Below, piece by piece: positions 30,167 through 39,997 of a DNA stretch of 64,000 bases (position 1 is the first letter of the stretch; each line of letters begins with the position of its first letter). The notes under the pieces were generated by a model. That model was not told the DNA's origin. It did no database searches and was given only the letters and a program-made list of their open reading frames with translations. Where the stretch lies: positions 51,127-115,126 of the forward strand of contig JAHJGM010000059.1 of the NCBI GenBank assembly GCA_018824305.1. Reading direction: 5' to 3'. The position numbers and the translations under genes were made by a program. Source of the stretch: a bacterium. GTDB taxonomy: Bacteria > Campylobacterota > Campylobacteria > Campylobacterales > Sulfurimonadaceae.

Positions 30167-31440
30167 TTTACTATCTCCTCAATATTGTTTGCATAGATGA
30201 CGGCTAACTGCATTAGCGTCTGCCAACTGTTTGCTTCTGTTTTATATAGATTAGCTTCCTCTTGGACTACGTCATCTTCATATCTTAAATACTCTTCGGT
30301 AGAGAGTCTCGCATTTGCATAGTTTAGTTTTGCGATCTCAAGAAGTTTTTTCTTCTCCTCTATACTCTTTGTATAAAGTTTTTTTGAATTCTCAAGTAAA
30401 GGCAGAGATTCCTCTAGCATCTTTGCTTTTGATGTAAGTTCATCGCTTAATTTTTGCAGCTCTATCTCGCCTGAGTTGACTTCAAGCTTTGCTAAAGAGA
30501 TATTGTCATACTGACTCATTGCAAATATCGGGATATTGAGTACCACACCGACATCGCCGTACTCTTCAGTTACGGAATCATACGAGTTATAGGACTCGCC
30601 GTAACTTTTCACGTAACTTCCATGTGCATATAGTGAAGGATACAACTTCTCTTTTTGTGCTTTAAGATCCAGCCTGTCGGCTTTTATCTTCTCACGCATA
30701 GGCGCTAAAGATTCCAGAGCGTTTTTTGTGATATCTCCGCTTTTTTGCATCATCACAGCATCATCAAGCGCTATCCCCGTCAAAGTTTCTATAGTACTTA
30801 TAACGGTTTTCTTTTGGATATCTATATTGTTGTTTGCAATATCTATCTGATTTAATCTGTCATTTATCATATAAAGTGCTGATGCTGCGTCGCGGCCGTT
30901 ATCGACTTTTATCTCTACTGTCTTTTTTGTTTCCAGCAGTGATCTTTTTTTACCTTCAAGTGCCCTTCCAAGAGTATTTAAATATATCAGATTTGCATTT
31001 GCGCCCACTAGGACCGCTTCATTTTTTATGAGGTTTATCCTCTTCTTTTTCTTTGCACTTTGCTGCATCGCCTTTGCTTTGTCTGCCATGGTAAATATAG
31101 ATTTTACAAAGATGGGCATCGTCGCAGACACCCCTGCTGCATAGATGTTGTAACTAAACGGCTGTGCAGGATGAGTGGGGTTTTGCACCAATGCAAGCAT
31201 ATGGTTAGGTGCTAAAGGTATCATCCCCGTAGGAAGCGAATAATTATCATACTTTCCAAAGAGATCGACTTCAGGATAGAGCTTTGAATAAGCCTGATCC
31301 TCATGTATCTGTGTCATCTTAACAAGCATCTCATCAGACTTGGTCTGTGAATGTGATTTGAGTGCATCGAAGAGTTCGCTGATGTTCTGTGCATTAAGCA
31401 TAAACGGAACTATCAATGATAAAAGTACTCTTTTCATCAT
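30163..31440 (-). CDS. TolC family outer membrane efflux protein
   Basis: 425 aa. Signal peptide and two repeated coiled-coil/beta segments typical of outer membrane factors. 4-nt overlaps with tetR and the adaptor gene. Confidence 0.8.
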   Translation of the reverse strand: MMKRVLLSLIVPFMLNAQNISELFDALKSHSQTKSDEMLVKMTQIHEDQAYSKLYPEVDLFGKYDNYSLPTGMIPLAPNHMLALVQNPTHPAQPFSYNIYAAGVSATMPIFVKSIFTMADKAKAMQQSAKKKKRINLIKNEAVLVGANANLIYLNTLGRALEGKKRSLLETKKTVEIKVDNGRDAASALYMINDRLNQIDIANNNIDIQKKTVISTIETLTGIALDDAVMMQKSGDITKNALESLAPMREKIKADRLDLKAQKEKLYPSLYAHGSYVKSYGESYNSYDSVTEEYGDVGVVLNIPIFAMSQYDNISLAKLEVNSGEIELQKLSDELTSKAKMLEESLPLLENSKKLYTKSIEEKKKLLEIAKLNYANARLSTEEYLRYEDDVVQEEANLYKTEANSWQTLMQLAVIYANNIEEIVK

Positions 31441-32066
31441 TTAACCTCCAACATAATTTTTATCTTTTTAAATATATAGTCAGATATCTCATCCATAGGA
31501 CAATCACTGCATGTATTGATCTCATCAGTCATCTGGGCCGCTTTTTTACGAAGCGGAGCCGTCGTCACAAGAAGATTGACAGTTCCGATGATCATAAAAT
31601 GTATCACCATCGGGATAACATTATTAAAAATACCCTCTTTCTCGCCTCTTTGAAGTATCTCGCTTAAAAGTTTAAAAAGTCTTCTCATACTTGAAAACAT
31701 CATCTGGGGGATATGTGCCCCGTTATCACTCAGCTCTCTTAAAAGTAATGCAGGAAAATAGGGTTGTTTGTTTGCAAAATCAGCGTAAGTCTTGATAAAA
31801 GCTTCAAGCTCATCAATAGGGCTCTTGCAGATTTTATTTGCTTCTATGACCTTTGTATAGATCGCTGAGAGCACCTCGTTCATCACGATCTCATAAAGTC
31901 CCGCTTTATTTTTAAAGTAGTAATAAATAAGTGCTTTGTTTACATCACTTACATTTGCAATCTCATCAACGGTCGTGGCATCAAAGCCGTTTTTTGAAAA
32001 CAGCATCATAGAGTTTTCGATGATCTTTGCCTTTGTCGCTTCTGCATCGCGTTTTTGTTTTGACAT
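31437..32066 (-). CDS. TetR/AcrR family transcriptional regulator, first gene of the efflux operon
   Basis: N-terminal TetR HTH (FSKNGFDATTVDEIANVSDVNKALIYYYFKNK). Of two in-frame ATGs (32072, 32066) I prefer 32066, because the SD AAGGA (complement of 32072-32076) abuts the first ATG and lies 5 nt from the second. Confidence 0.9.
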   Translation of the reverse strand: MSKQKRDAEATKAKIIENSMMLFSKNGFDATTVDEIANVSDVNKALIYYYFKNKAGLYEIVMNEVLSAIYTKVIEANKICKSPIDELEAFIKTYADFANKQPYFPALLLRELSDNGAHIPQMMFSSMRRLFKLLSEILQRGEKEGIFNNVIPMVIHFMIIGTVNLLVTTAPLRKKAAQMTDEINTCSDCPMDEISDYIFKKIKIMLEVK

Positions 32067-32075
32067 ATGCATCCT

Positions 32076-32101
32076 TAATTAACTAACTAGTTAGTTAATT
32101 A
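32076..32101 (-). promoter_or_regulatory. Perfect 26-nt palindrome, candidate TetR operator overlapping the -10 box and leader of the tetR-efflux operon
   Basis: TAATTAACTAACTAGTTAGTTAATTA is a perfect inverted repeat (13+13, no spacer). On the minus strand a TATAAT (complement of 32098-32103) overlaps its upstream end, and the SD AAGGA (32072-32076) abuts its downstream end. Confidence 0.6.
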
Positions 32102-32202
32102 TATACAAAAAAGAGTAAAAAGACAATCTAATATTGTTTGTTAAAGAGTAATTTTGATTTATGGGAGTAGAGTTTGAATATTTGAAAGTTAGAGAAGTGG
32201 AA

Positions 32203-32227
32203 CTTAGAAGAATTATTTTCTTCTAAG
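32203..32227 (-). terminator. Stem-loop overlapping the rplS stop codon, candidate terminator of the rpsP-rimM-trmD-rplS operon
   Basis: CTTAGAAGAA-TTATT-TTCTTCTAAG, a perfect 10-bp stem with a 5-nt loop that contains the rplS TAA. The downstream U-tract is weak (TTCC...). Confidence 0.45.
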
Positions 32228-32572
32228 TTCTTTGATACGAGCTTTTTTACCAGCAAGGTCACGAAGATAAAACAGTTTTGCACGACGTACACGACCACGA
32301 CGAATAACTGTAATCTCATTTATACTATCAGTATAGATTGGGAAGATTCTCTCTATTCCAACACCGTTAGCGCCAATTTTACGAACAGTAACAGTTCTAC
32401 CAGTTCCCTCACCACGAATTGCTATACAAACACCTTCGTAATTTTGAACACGAGTTTTGTCACCCTCTTTAATATTTACCGCTAAACGAACAGTATCACC
32501 TGCACGAAAATCTGGAATGTTTTTCTCAGCTATTTGTGCTTTTTCGAAATTTTCAATATACTTATTTCTCAT
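32213..32572 (-). CDS. rplS: 50S ribosomal protein L19
   Basis: 119 aa. FRAGDTV.V...I.EG.K.R.Q.YEGV is the canonical L19 sequence. Confidence 0.97.
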   Translation of the reverse strand: MRNKYIENFEKAQIAEKNIPDFRAGDTVRLAVNIKEGDKTRVQNYEGVCIAIRGEGTGRTVTVRKIGANGVGIERIFPIYTDSINEITVIRRGRVRRAKLFYLRDLAGKKARIKELRRK

Positions 32573-33266
32573 AAGATTTCCTTGTATTGTGCTTCAAATG
32601 CTTCTCCGGACGAAAAAAAGCGGTCTTACATTCTGATAAAGCAAATTTTAGTGTGCGAATTTTACTATGATTTCCCTTTAAAAATTCTGATGGAATATTT
32701 TTTTCTCTATAAATTTGCGGTTTAGTAAAAGAGGGAGCTTCAAGAAGTTCACTTTCGAAGCTTTCTACCTCCAAAGACTCACTGTTTCCAAGTACACCAT
32801 CGACGTTTCGCACAATGGCATCACACATCACTAACGAGGGCAATTCACCGCCTGTGAGGATGTAATCTCCGATGCTGAAAACTTCGTCTGCATACTCTTC
32901 TATGACTCTCTCATCGATCCCCTCATATCTTCCGCTTACAAAGACGATATGTTTTTTATTTGCAAGACGTTTCGCATCATTTTGAGCAAATCTTTTTGCA
33001 ACGGGAGTGACAAAGATCACATACGCATCCTCATCCTCTTTTTTTATACTGTCTAAAGTATCATAAAGGGGCTGTGGTTGCATAAGCATTCCTGCTCCGC
33101 CGCCAAATGCAGTGTCATCGACTTTCTTATGCTTTGAGTCACTGAAATCTCTCGGATTGACGTAACTGATGCTAAAAAGATCTTTTTCGATTGCACGTGA
33201 AAGAATGGAATCCCCGAAATACCCGTCTATAAGGTTTGAAAAAAGAGTTACAAATGTAAAACGCAT
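32562..33266 (-). CDS. trmD: tRNA (guanine37-N1)-methyltransferase
   Basis: 234 aa. Conserved TrmD motifs ([38 protein letters not shown]). Confidence 0.95.
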   Translation of the reverse strand: MRFTFVTLFSNLIDGYFGDSILSRAIEKDLFSISYVNPRDFSDSKHKKVDDTAFGGGAGMLMQPQPLYDTLDSIKKEDEDAYVIFVTPVAKRFAQNDAKRLANKKHIVFVSGRYEGIDERVIEEYADEVFSIGDYILTGGELPSLVMCDAIVRNVDGVLGNSESLEVESFESELLEAPSFTKPQIYREKNIPSEFLKGNHSKIRTLKFALSECKTAFFRPEKHLKHNTRKSYEK

Positions 33267-33806
33267 TTATGATGCTTTTAAGATATCAAGTCCACCGCTG
33301 ACTTCTATGACTTTGTTCTCTATATCAACCGAGACGACAAAATGATCTTGATATGGAATCAAAAAAGATTTCGGCAGATCCTGTTGTACTAAAGCACTGT
33401 CAGTGATTATTTCAAGATAATCAGTTGCACCGATACGCTCGACTTCATCGACTACGCCGAGAAGTTGTCCGTTCTCATACACTTTACAATCTTCGATATC
33501 AAAATAAAAGTATTGTCCATCTTCAAGATCAATGTTTTTTCTTGTATCTTCGTAAGTCGTATAGATCTTTTCATTTGTGAAACGTTTTGCATCTTCTGGA
33601 GTGTTAACTCCCGCAATTTTTATAAGAGAGCGATCCAAATCAACTTTACTGAGTTCGATAGTACGTTTTTTACTGATAAAAAACTTTGCACCTACAGTAA
33701 ATTGTTCAGGGAAATCACTTTTGATATGAAGTTTCATATCGCCGCCAAGACCAACGGCCTTGCCTATTGTAGCGATATGAAGAAGTTTATCGGATTGGTT
33801 CGACAT
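33267..33806 (-). CDS. rimM: Ribosome maturation factor RimM
   Basis: IGKAVGLGGDMKLH is the RimM N-terminal motif, with a PRC barrel C-terminus. The start is ambiguous (ATG at 33806 or 33827). Both overlap the upstream KH-domain gene. Confidence 0.85.
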   Translation of the reverse strand: MSNQSDKLLHIATIGKAVGLGGDMKLHIKSDFPEQFTVGAKFFISKKRTIELSKVDLDRSLIKIAGVNTPEDAKRFTNEKIYTTYEDTRKNIDLEDGQYFYFDIEDCKVYENGQLLGVVDEVERIGATDYLEIITDSALVQQDLPKSFLIPYQDHFVVSVDIENKVIEVSGGLDILKAS

Positions 33807-34026
33807 TGATACGGTAACTCTTACCATCTTTAGCTTTACAGCCAGAGATCACTGTCTTGATCGCACCGATCATTTTTCCCTCTTTGCCTATCAGTTTACC
33901 AACGTCAACTTGATTGGCATAGAGTACGATTTCAACTAAATCGTCACTTTCTTTTGACTCAACTTTTATCTCATTTGGATAAGTAGCTATTAAACGGGCA
34001 AATTCAGCGACGAAGTTAGTTATCAT
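33787..34026 (-). CDS. KH domain RNA-binding protein (UPF0109/YlqC-like)
   Basis: 79 aa. The GKLIGKEGKMIGAIKTV KH GxxG loop, and the conserved position between rpsP and rimM. Confidence 0.8.
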   Translation of the reverse strand: MITNFVAEFARLIATYPNEIKVESKESDDLVEIVLYANQVDVGKLIGKEGKMIGAIKTVISGCKAKDGKSYRINVEPIR

Positions 34027-34028
34027 TG

Positions 34029-34256
34029 TTATTTACCAGTTATTTTTTTAACACGGCTACTCATTGTAGCACCAACGCTTAACCAGTAGTCTAGACGCTC
34101 TGCATCAAACTTCAAAGTTTTTTCTTCAGTCATCGGGTTGTAGTAACCGATTAGTTCGATCCAGCCACCATCTCTACGTTTACGAGAATCTGTTACCACG
34201 ATACGGTAAAATGGTTTTTTGTTACGACCCATACGAGTAAGTCTAATTGTTGTCAT
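34029..34256 (-). CDS. rpsP: 30S ribosomal protein S16
   Basis: 75 aa. [27 protein letters not shown] is the canonical S16 sequence. Confidence 0.97.
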   Translation of the reverse strand: MTTIRLTRMGRNKKPFYRIVVTDSRKRRDGGWIELIGYYNPMTEEKTLKFDAERLDYWLSVGATMSSRVKKITGK

Positions 34257-34431
34257 TAGTTTTTCCTTGGAATAATATAGTATAGGGGGAATGTAGCAAA
34301 ATAAAATTATTGTAGTTTTATTGTGCCTCTTACCGCCTTATGGCGTTATATACAGCTCACAATCACAGAGGGATTATTTTGAGAGCCAAAACGATAACGG
34401 AATTGTACTAAAATTTTATAAAAATGTAAAG

Positions 34432-35784
34432 TTATCTTCTCAGCGCGTTGATTCCGCCGCCGCCCATCTGACTCATCATGTTCTGTAGATCCTGCATCCC
34501 TTTTTTACTAGAGAACTTTTTCGCCATTTTCCCTGCATTTTTAAACTGTTTTAACACACGGTTGACTTCAGCTTGACTCAGTCCGCACCCTTGCGCGATT
34601 CTCTGTTTACGGGAGTTGTTTAAAAGTTCCGGGTCTTCACGCTCTTTTAGAGTCATAGACGAGACCATCGCTTTTATCTGTTTAAGCTCTTTAGAGTTAT
34701 CAAGGTCAAAATCTTTTAAAGCGTTGCTCATACCGGACATACCGGGGATCATACCCATGAGAGATTTCATACTCCCCATCTTCTTCATACTTTCCATCTG
34801 CTCTAAAAAATCATTGAAGTTAAACTGACCTTTTTTGATCTTTTTCGTAAGAGCTTTTGCCTGTTTTTCATCTATGATGTTCGATGTTTTTTCAGCAAGA
34901 CCTTCGATATCTCCAAGACCCATCAAACGGTTTACGATTCTCTCAGGTATGAATACCTCAAGGTCTTCCATCTTTTCACCGCTACCGATAAAACGAAGAG
35001 GAACCTGCACTTGAGATGAAAGTCCAAGTGCCACACCGCCTTTTGAATCACCGTCATATTTACTTAAGATAACACCGTCGATGCCTATCTGCTCTTTAAA
35101 GCTAATAGCCGTTCTTACAGAATCTTGACCTGTGAGTGAATCGGCAACGTAAAAGATCTCATCGGGATCAGCTACTTTTTTTACTTCTTTAAGCTCGCTC
35201 ATCAGCTCTTCATCGATCGCTAGACGACCAGCCGTATCTATGAGCACAACATCGAAAAGTTTTGTATCTGCATATTTCAGTGCTGCTTTTACAACATCTA
35301 CAGGATTTTTAGTCGCTTCATCTTCATAAAGTTCTACTTCTATCTTTGCTGTTATCTGGCGAAGCTGCTCGACTGCAGCTAAACGCTGTAAGTCAGCTGC
35401 GACGACTAGGACTTTTTTCTTTTTGTTTTTAAGGTAAAGAGCCAACTTTCCTGTTGTAGTAGTTTTACCAGAACCCTGAAGACCTGTCATCAAGATGATA
35501 GTAGGAGGATTTGGTGCAAATACAAAACCTTTTTTACCGCCTACTTCAAGAATAGAATATATAGTCTCTTTTAAAGCATCAAGAAATTGATCTTTTCCGA
35601 TCCCTTTTGCTTTTGTTTTTAGCTCTACATCTTGGATCAGATCTTTTACGACTTTATGATTTACATCAGCTTTCAAAAGAGCTTTTTTCAACTCACCCGT
35701 TGCTTTGATAAGAGATTTTTCATCATCATGAAAACGTATCTTTTTTATTGCAGATGTAAACGATTCGGTCAATGTATCAAACAT
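34432..35784 (-). CDS. ffh: Signal recognition particle protein Ffh
   Basis: 450 aa. N domain, SRP GTPase motifs (GLQGSGKTTT, DTAGR, SKYDGD), and a Met-rich M domain. Confidence 0.97.
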   Translation of the reverse strand: MFDTLTESFTSAIKKIRFHDDEKSLIKATGELKKALLKADVNHKVVKDLIQDVELKTKAKGIGKDQFLDALKETIYSILEVGGKKGFVFAPNPPTIILMTGLQGSGKTTTTGKLALYLKNKKKKVLVVAADLQRLAAVEQLRQITAKIEVELYEDEATKNPVDVVKAALKYADTKLFDVVLIDTAGRLAIDEELMSELKEVKKVADPDEIFYVADSLTGQDSVRTAISFKEQIGIDGVILSKYDGDSKGGVALGLSSQVQVPLRFIGSGEKMEDLEVFIPERIVNRLMGLGDIEGLAEKTSNIIDEKQAKALTKKIKKGQFNFNDFLEQMESMKKMGSMKSLMGMIPGMSGMSNALKDFDLDNSKELKQIKAMVSSMTLKEREDPELLNNSRKQRIAQGCGLSQAEVNRVLKQFKNAGKMAKKFSSKKGMQDLQNMMSQMGGGGINALRR

Positions 35785-35838
35785 AAAACTATCCTAAATA
35801 TAATTTTTTAAAAGTGTGGAATTCTATCAAAAACCTGC

Positions 35839-36576
35839 TTATGATTCAAAATGCTTGAATGCCGTAGGCTCAGGTGCTTCAAATGTCATGCCTAAAAGTA
35901 CTACTTTTCTTGCATGTAACATAACGCGTTTATATCTTCTTCCACCGTACTGCTCATCGCCGATGATCGGAAAATCTATACTTCTTAGGTGTGCACGGAT
36001 CTGGTGAGTACGTCCGTGATGGATCACACATTTTACCTTCGTCTTTTTACCGCTTACTATCTCAGGTGTGACCTCTGTACGTGCAGATTTGCCTTTTTTT
36101 GAAACCTTGGTATACGCTTTATTATTCTTTTTTTCTGTGATCAATGCTTTGTCTATATCGACACTCTCGACTAAGATACCGTCGACCCAAGCCGAATACT
36201 CTTTATAGACTTTGTCGTTTTTAAACTCTTTTATCGCTTTTTCACGAAACTCTTCGTTTTTTACAAGCATAAGGACTCCGCTTGTCTCACGGTCAAGTCT
36301 GTGAAGAAGTTTTGCATCTTTGAATTGGCGTTCGATCTCATCAGAATTCACAAAAGCTGGCTTATCCACTACAATAAGATCATCATTTTGAAATATTGGT
36401 CTTATCTTTTCTACTTTTTCGATCTTAAATTTAGTTGCTTTGTCGATGTCTGCACGAGCGATCATGACCTTTTTATTGCTTGCATACACAAGACCTCTGT
36501 CTATAAGAGATTTCGCCTCAGAGTTAGATATTCCCTCTTGTTGTGCCAATACTTTATACGCTTTATCTTTTTCCAT
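35839..36576 (-). CDS. RluA family pseudouridine synthase with N-terminal S4-like domain
   Basis: 245 aa. Catalytic HRLDRETSGVL motif and a C-terminal HQIRAH motif. Confidence 0.85.
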   Translation of the reverse strand: MEKDKAYKVLAQQEGISNSEAKSLIDRGLVYASNKKVMIARADIDKATKFKIEKVEKIRPIFQNDDLIVVDKPAFVNSDEIERQFKDAKLLHRLDRETSGVLMLVKNEEFREKAIKEFKNDKVYKEYSAWVDGILVESVDIDKALITEKKNNKAYTKVSKKGKSARTEVTPEIVSGKKTKVKCVIHHGRTHQIRAHLRSIDFPIIGDEQYGGRRYKRVMLHARKVVLLGMTFEAPEPTAFKHFES

Positions 36577-36603
36577 TATCTATTCCTTGAGTAAAATCTT
36601 GTT

Positions 36604-37767
36604 TTAACTCTCTATATATTTTATCACTCTATCTAAATCTATCTTCTCATCTACTGATGAAGGGGGAAGATCATCCGCCTCTTGTAAAGCTGTAAAAAGC
36701 TCATCATCTTCGATATACTGTACATGATGAACATACTTAAACAACTCTCTTTGATCATAAAAATGCTTTCCGGTTATGATCTTGCATCCAAAGTGAGCCG
36801 GTTCAAGCGGATTGTGACCGCCAACATCGGCTTTAAACGCTCCGCCTAAGACGGCAATATCACTTATCCTATAGATGTTGTTCAGCTCACCCATCATGTC
36901 TACTAAAACCACATCCGTAGATAAACTTTTGTCTTCACTAAAACGGCTTACATGTAAAGCATTTTCATTACAAAAATTAAGAAGCAGTCTATAGACCTCT
37001 TCAAACCTTTCGGGATGACGCGGAACGACTATGAGTTTAGCTTTATTCTCTTGCAGATATTTTTTATATCCCGCAAGTATTATTTTTTCTTCACCATCAT
37101 GCGTACTTGCTGCTACTATTGTTTTAGTTGATGGTTTTTCATACTCTTTACTCTCTTTTATCACTTGTGCCAGCTTTATGTTTCCGACAACTTCGACATT
37201 TTTTGCACCGAGTGTAGCAAATCTAAGAGCATCTATCTCGCTTTGACAAAATATGATATTTACATGTGATAAAAGACGTTTATAAAACCATCCCATCTTC
37301 ATATATTTTTTCACACTTTTGTCCGATATACGAGCATTTAAAAGTACGACTTTGCCTCCGCGTGCAGAGACTACGGCAAAAAGCATATACCAAAATTCCG
37401 CTTCTAAAACTACGAGTATTTTTTGCGGTTTTATCCAAAGGGGCAAAAACATCTCGTATGGAAGATATCTCAGATCCACTCCATATTTTTTTGCTTCATT
37501 TTGCCCGGTATGGGTTATGGTGGTTATCTTCACATTCTCTTTATCGATTTTATCCAAAATCGGTTTTAATGCCCTGCTCTCACCGAGTGAGCAAACATGA
37601 AACCAGATACCGTTACTATTTTTAAATCCTGGATTATTAAAAAGAAAAAAGCGGGACGGAACAGATTCTTTGTATTTTTTCTTAAAAGACAAAGATATCA
37701 AAAGCGGCAGTGCTAAAATATACAGCACTACGCTTAAGAGATAATAGATGAAGGAAAATGGCTTCAA
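36604..37767 (-). CDS. waaA: 3-deoxy-D-manno-octulosonic acid (Kdo) transferase
   Basis: 387 aa. N-terminal anchor, WFHVCSLGE motif, and a C-terminal glycosyltransferase region (GGHNPLEPA). Adjacent to an HP0958-like gene, as in H. pylori. Confidence 0.85.
   Translation of the reverse strand: MKPFSFIYYLLSVVLYILALPLLISLSFKKKYKESVPSRFFLFNNPGFKNSNGIWFHVCSLGESRALKPILDKIDKENVKITTITHTGQNEAKKYGVDLRYLPYEMFLPLWIKPQKILVVLEAEFWYMLFAVVSARGGKVVLLNARISDKSVKKYMKMGWFYKRLLSHVNIIFCQSEIDALRFATLGAKNVEVVGNIKLAQVIKESKEYEKPSTKTIVAASTHDGEEKIILAGYKKYLQENKAKLIVVPRHPERFEEVYRLLLNFCNENALHVSRFSEDKSLSTDVVLVDMMGELNNIYRISDIAVLGGAFKADVGGHNPLEPAHFGCKIITGKHFYDQRELFKYVHHVQYIEDDELFTALQEADDLPPSSVDEKIDLDRVIKYIES
36948..36957. repeat. 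TTACATGTAA iterated palindrome, perfect copy 7
   Basis: Inside waaA (minus strand), read as A-L-H-V-S. Confidence 0.9.
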
Positions 37768-37770
37768 GCC

Positions 37771-38487
37771 TTACGCTTCTTCGCCCTCGGCGATATATAA
37801 TATACGGCCACAATGTGGACATGTAGTGATCTCTTCACCTTTGATGACATCTGCATAAACTTTATCGTTTACATGCATGTAACATCCCATACAAGCTTGT
37901 TCTTTAACTTCGACAGCCGTAGTGTTTTTAGCCCAACGACGAATCTTTTGATAAAAAGCCAAACCTTTTTGGTTCATTCCGCCGACTAATTTCTCTTTTC
38001 TTGCAAACACTTCATGACGCGCTTTTTCAATACCTGCTATTTTTTCATCGACATCAGCTTTGATCCCAACAAGGTTTGTATCTAGTTCATCTCTTTTTTG
38101 AGTCAATTCTTCATGTTTAGCTTTTTTTGCCGTGATCAGTTTGTCTAAACGTACGATCTCTTCATTTGCAAAAGTTACTTGCTCTTTAGCTATCTCTTCT
38201 TCAAGTTGTAAAGATTTCATTTCACGTTCAGTTTTTATTTCTGAAGCTTTTTTCTTGTTGTCTTCTAGCTTTGCAGAAAGTTCTGCTAAATGAAGCTCAT
38301 TTTTATGTTTTTTTAACTCTTCATTTTTCATCTCATCTTCTAGAGAAGAGATTTCGCTGTCTAAACTGCCTTTTGTTGCAAGAGTTGCTTCATACTTATA
38401 GTTTACCTCATCTATCTGAGGTTCAAAAGCATCTATTTCTTTATCGACTGCTGAGAGGTCTATTAGTTGTTTTAAGTGTTTGTTCAT
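37771..38487 (-). CDS. Coiled-coil C4 zinc-ribbon protein (DUF164 family, HP0958-like)
   Basis: 238 aa. A long heptad-rich coiled coil followed by CMGC...CPHCGRIL (a four-Cys zinc ribbon). The waaA / this gene / Nif3 order is the same as H. pylori HP0957-HP0959 (from memory). Confidence 0.7.
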   Translation of the reverse strand: MNKHLKQLIDLSAVDKEIDAFEPQIDEVNYKYEATLATKGSLDSEISSLEDEMKNEELKKHKNELHLAELSAKLEDNKKKASEIKTEREMKSLQLEEEIAKEQVTFANEEIVRLDKLITAKKAKHEELTQKRDELDTNLVGIKADVDEKIAGIEKARHEVFARKEKLVGGMNQKGLAFYQKIRRWAKNTTAVEVKEQACMGCYMHVNDKVYADVIKGEEITTCPHCGRILYIAEGEEA

Positions 38488-38531
38488 CTATTTCCTTTTT
38501 GGATGCATGCGACAATATCCCTTTATTACAC

Positions 38532-39254
38532 CTATATATATGTGAAAGGGTTTTTTGATTGTGAAATTATAACCGCTAATCCTAAATTTTCCAAATATGT
38601 TGCTAAAATTTTTCCAAAAAACTGTTCACTCTCATAATGACCTATATCGATCATGGACAAATTTATGGTTTTTGCCTCCATCGCATCATGATACTTTATA
38701 TCACCCGTCAAGAAGCACTCAGCATCTATGGAGCGCATTAGTGAAGCTCCTGAACCAGTTGTCAAAGCAACTGTTTTTATCCTTTCATGTGCCTTAACAC
38801 ATTTTACATAAGGTAGACCAAAAGCTGTAGAAATTTTATGCGCAAAATCATCAAAATTTTCATCAATTTTCATATAAGCTATAAAACCCTCTTTTTTTAC
38901 TATCTCCAGACCCAAGATTTTTGTCGCTACATACTCATTTAAATGTGTCTGATCAAAATTTGTATGCATCGCGATATTTGAGATATTTTTTTGCACCATT
39001 TTTCTAATGAGATGCGCAGGGTATTGATTGAACTGCAACTGCTTGATCCCGCCGAATATAAGCGGATGATGGGTAACTAATAAAGAGTTCTCGTCCATCT
39101 CTTCTATCAGCTTTTCATCTACATCGATACTGAGATATACCTTTTCTACATCTTCATTCAAGTCACCTAATAATAATCCCGAATTATCCCAGCTTTCTTG
39201 CAGAGCAAAAGGGGATATCTCATTGAGATAATTATAGATATCTATCGTTTTCAT
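38532..39254 (-). CDS. Nif3-like dinuclear metal centre protein (GTP cyclohydrolase I type 2 family)
   Basis: 240 aa. WDNSGLLLGD, VTHHPLIF and GHYESE motifs are typical of NIF3/YbgI. Confidence 0.85.
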   Translation of the reverse strand: MKTIDIYNYLNEISPFALQESWDNSGLLLGDLNEDVEKVYLSIDVDEKLIEEMDENSLLVTHHPLIFGGIKQLQFNQYPAHLIRKMVQKNISNIAMHTNFDQTHLNEYVATKILGLEIVKKEGFIAYMKIDENFDDFAHKISTAFGLPYVKCVKAHERIKTVALTTGSGASLMRSIDAECFLTGDIKYHDAMEAKTINLSMIDIGHYESEQFFGKILATYLENLGLAVIISQSKNPFTYI

Positions 39255-39997
39255 GCATAACTCCTAGCACGTTTACATCTGACGTAAACTGCCTTTGTCT
39301 TAAAGCCGGAATCCTCTTTAAACTCAAACATATTGGTACTTTGCATCAGGTCGACAAGCTTTTTAAATCCATAGTTGCGAGAATCAAATTCCGGTATCTT
39401 ATTGACGATTTTTTGTCCTACCGAACCAAGATATGACCATCCCGTATAATCCGAAGTATCATCGACCGCATTGCGTAAGATCGCTAAAAGTCTGATATCT
39501 TTAGAGATATCTTTGATCTCTTTTGGTTTTACGTTTTTCTCTATCTCTTCTGTTATCTCATCTCTTAGATTTTCCGTATAAATAAACTTATCACACGCAC
39601 TCATAAAAGATTTAGGTGTCTTTTTTTCTCCAAATCCGTAAACAGTGAGTCCGCTCTCTCTGATCCTTGATGCCAGACGCGTGAAATCGCTGTCGCTTGA
39701 GACTATGCAAAAACCATCGAACTTCTCGGTATATAAAAGATCCATGGCATCGATGATCATCGCAGAATCGGTCGCATTTTTACCTGTTGTATAGGCAAAC
39801 TGCTGCATCGGATGGATACCGTGTTCAAGCAAAACGTTTTTCCACCCTTTTAGCTTCGTATCCGTCCAGTCTCCGTAAATTCTTTTTACGCTTGCAACGC
39901 CGTAGTTCGCGATCTCATCCAGCAGACCCTCTATGATCCTTGCCTGAGAGTTGTCCGCGTCTATTAAAACTGCTAGTCTTTTTTGTTCACTGCTCAA
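39251..39997 (-). CDS. NYN-domain (LabA-like) predicted ribonuclease with C-terminal OST-HTH/LOTUS domain
   Basis: 248 aa. LIDADN...SSDSDF acidic NYN/PIN-like catalytic pattern. The C-terminal W..L..VG..I....P.FD.RNYGFKKL block is typical of LOTUS domains. 4-nt overlaps on both sides. Confidence 0.8.
   Translation of the reverse strand: MSSEQKRLAVLIDADNSQARIIEGLLDEIANYGVASVKRIYGDWTDTKLKGWKNVLLEHGIHPMQQFAYTTGKNATDSAMIIDAMDLLYTEKFDGFCIVSSDSDFTRLASRIRESGLTVYGFGEKKTPKSFMSACDKFIYTENLRDEITEEIEKNVKPKEIKDISKDIRLLAILRNAVDDTSDYTGWSYLGSVGQKIVNKIPEFDSRNYGFKKLVDLMQSTNMFEFKEDSGFKTKAVYVRCKRARSYA

Noticed and set aside
32128-32319. 63-aa minus-strand ORF spanning the rplS 3' end and the rplS-tetR spacer
   Set aside because: It is out of frame with rplS over its 3' end and runs through the predicted terminator hairpin. 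It has no SD and a hydrophobic, low-complexity sequence.
34257-34431. 175-nt ffh-rpsP spacer as a possible site for SRP RNA or a ribosomal-protein leader; also tmRNA near smpB
   Set aside because: The spacer has no SRP domain IV-like sequence (GNRA tetraloop with AGCA/GGAA context) and only a weak 4-5 bp hairpin. The smpB flanks are fully occupied by CDSs, so ssrA is not in this window.
37869-37882. TTACATGCATGTAA as an independent regulatory palindrome inside the HP0958-like gene
   Set aside because: It is better explained as a variant (CATG-duplicated) member of the TTACATGTAA family than as a separate element. It is folded into the iterated-palindrome finding.
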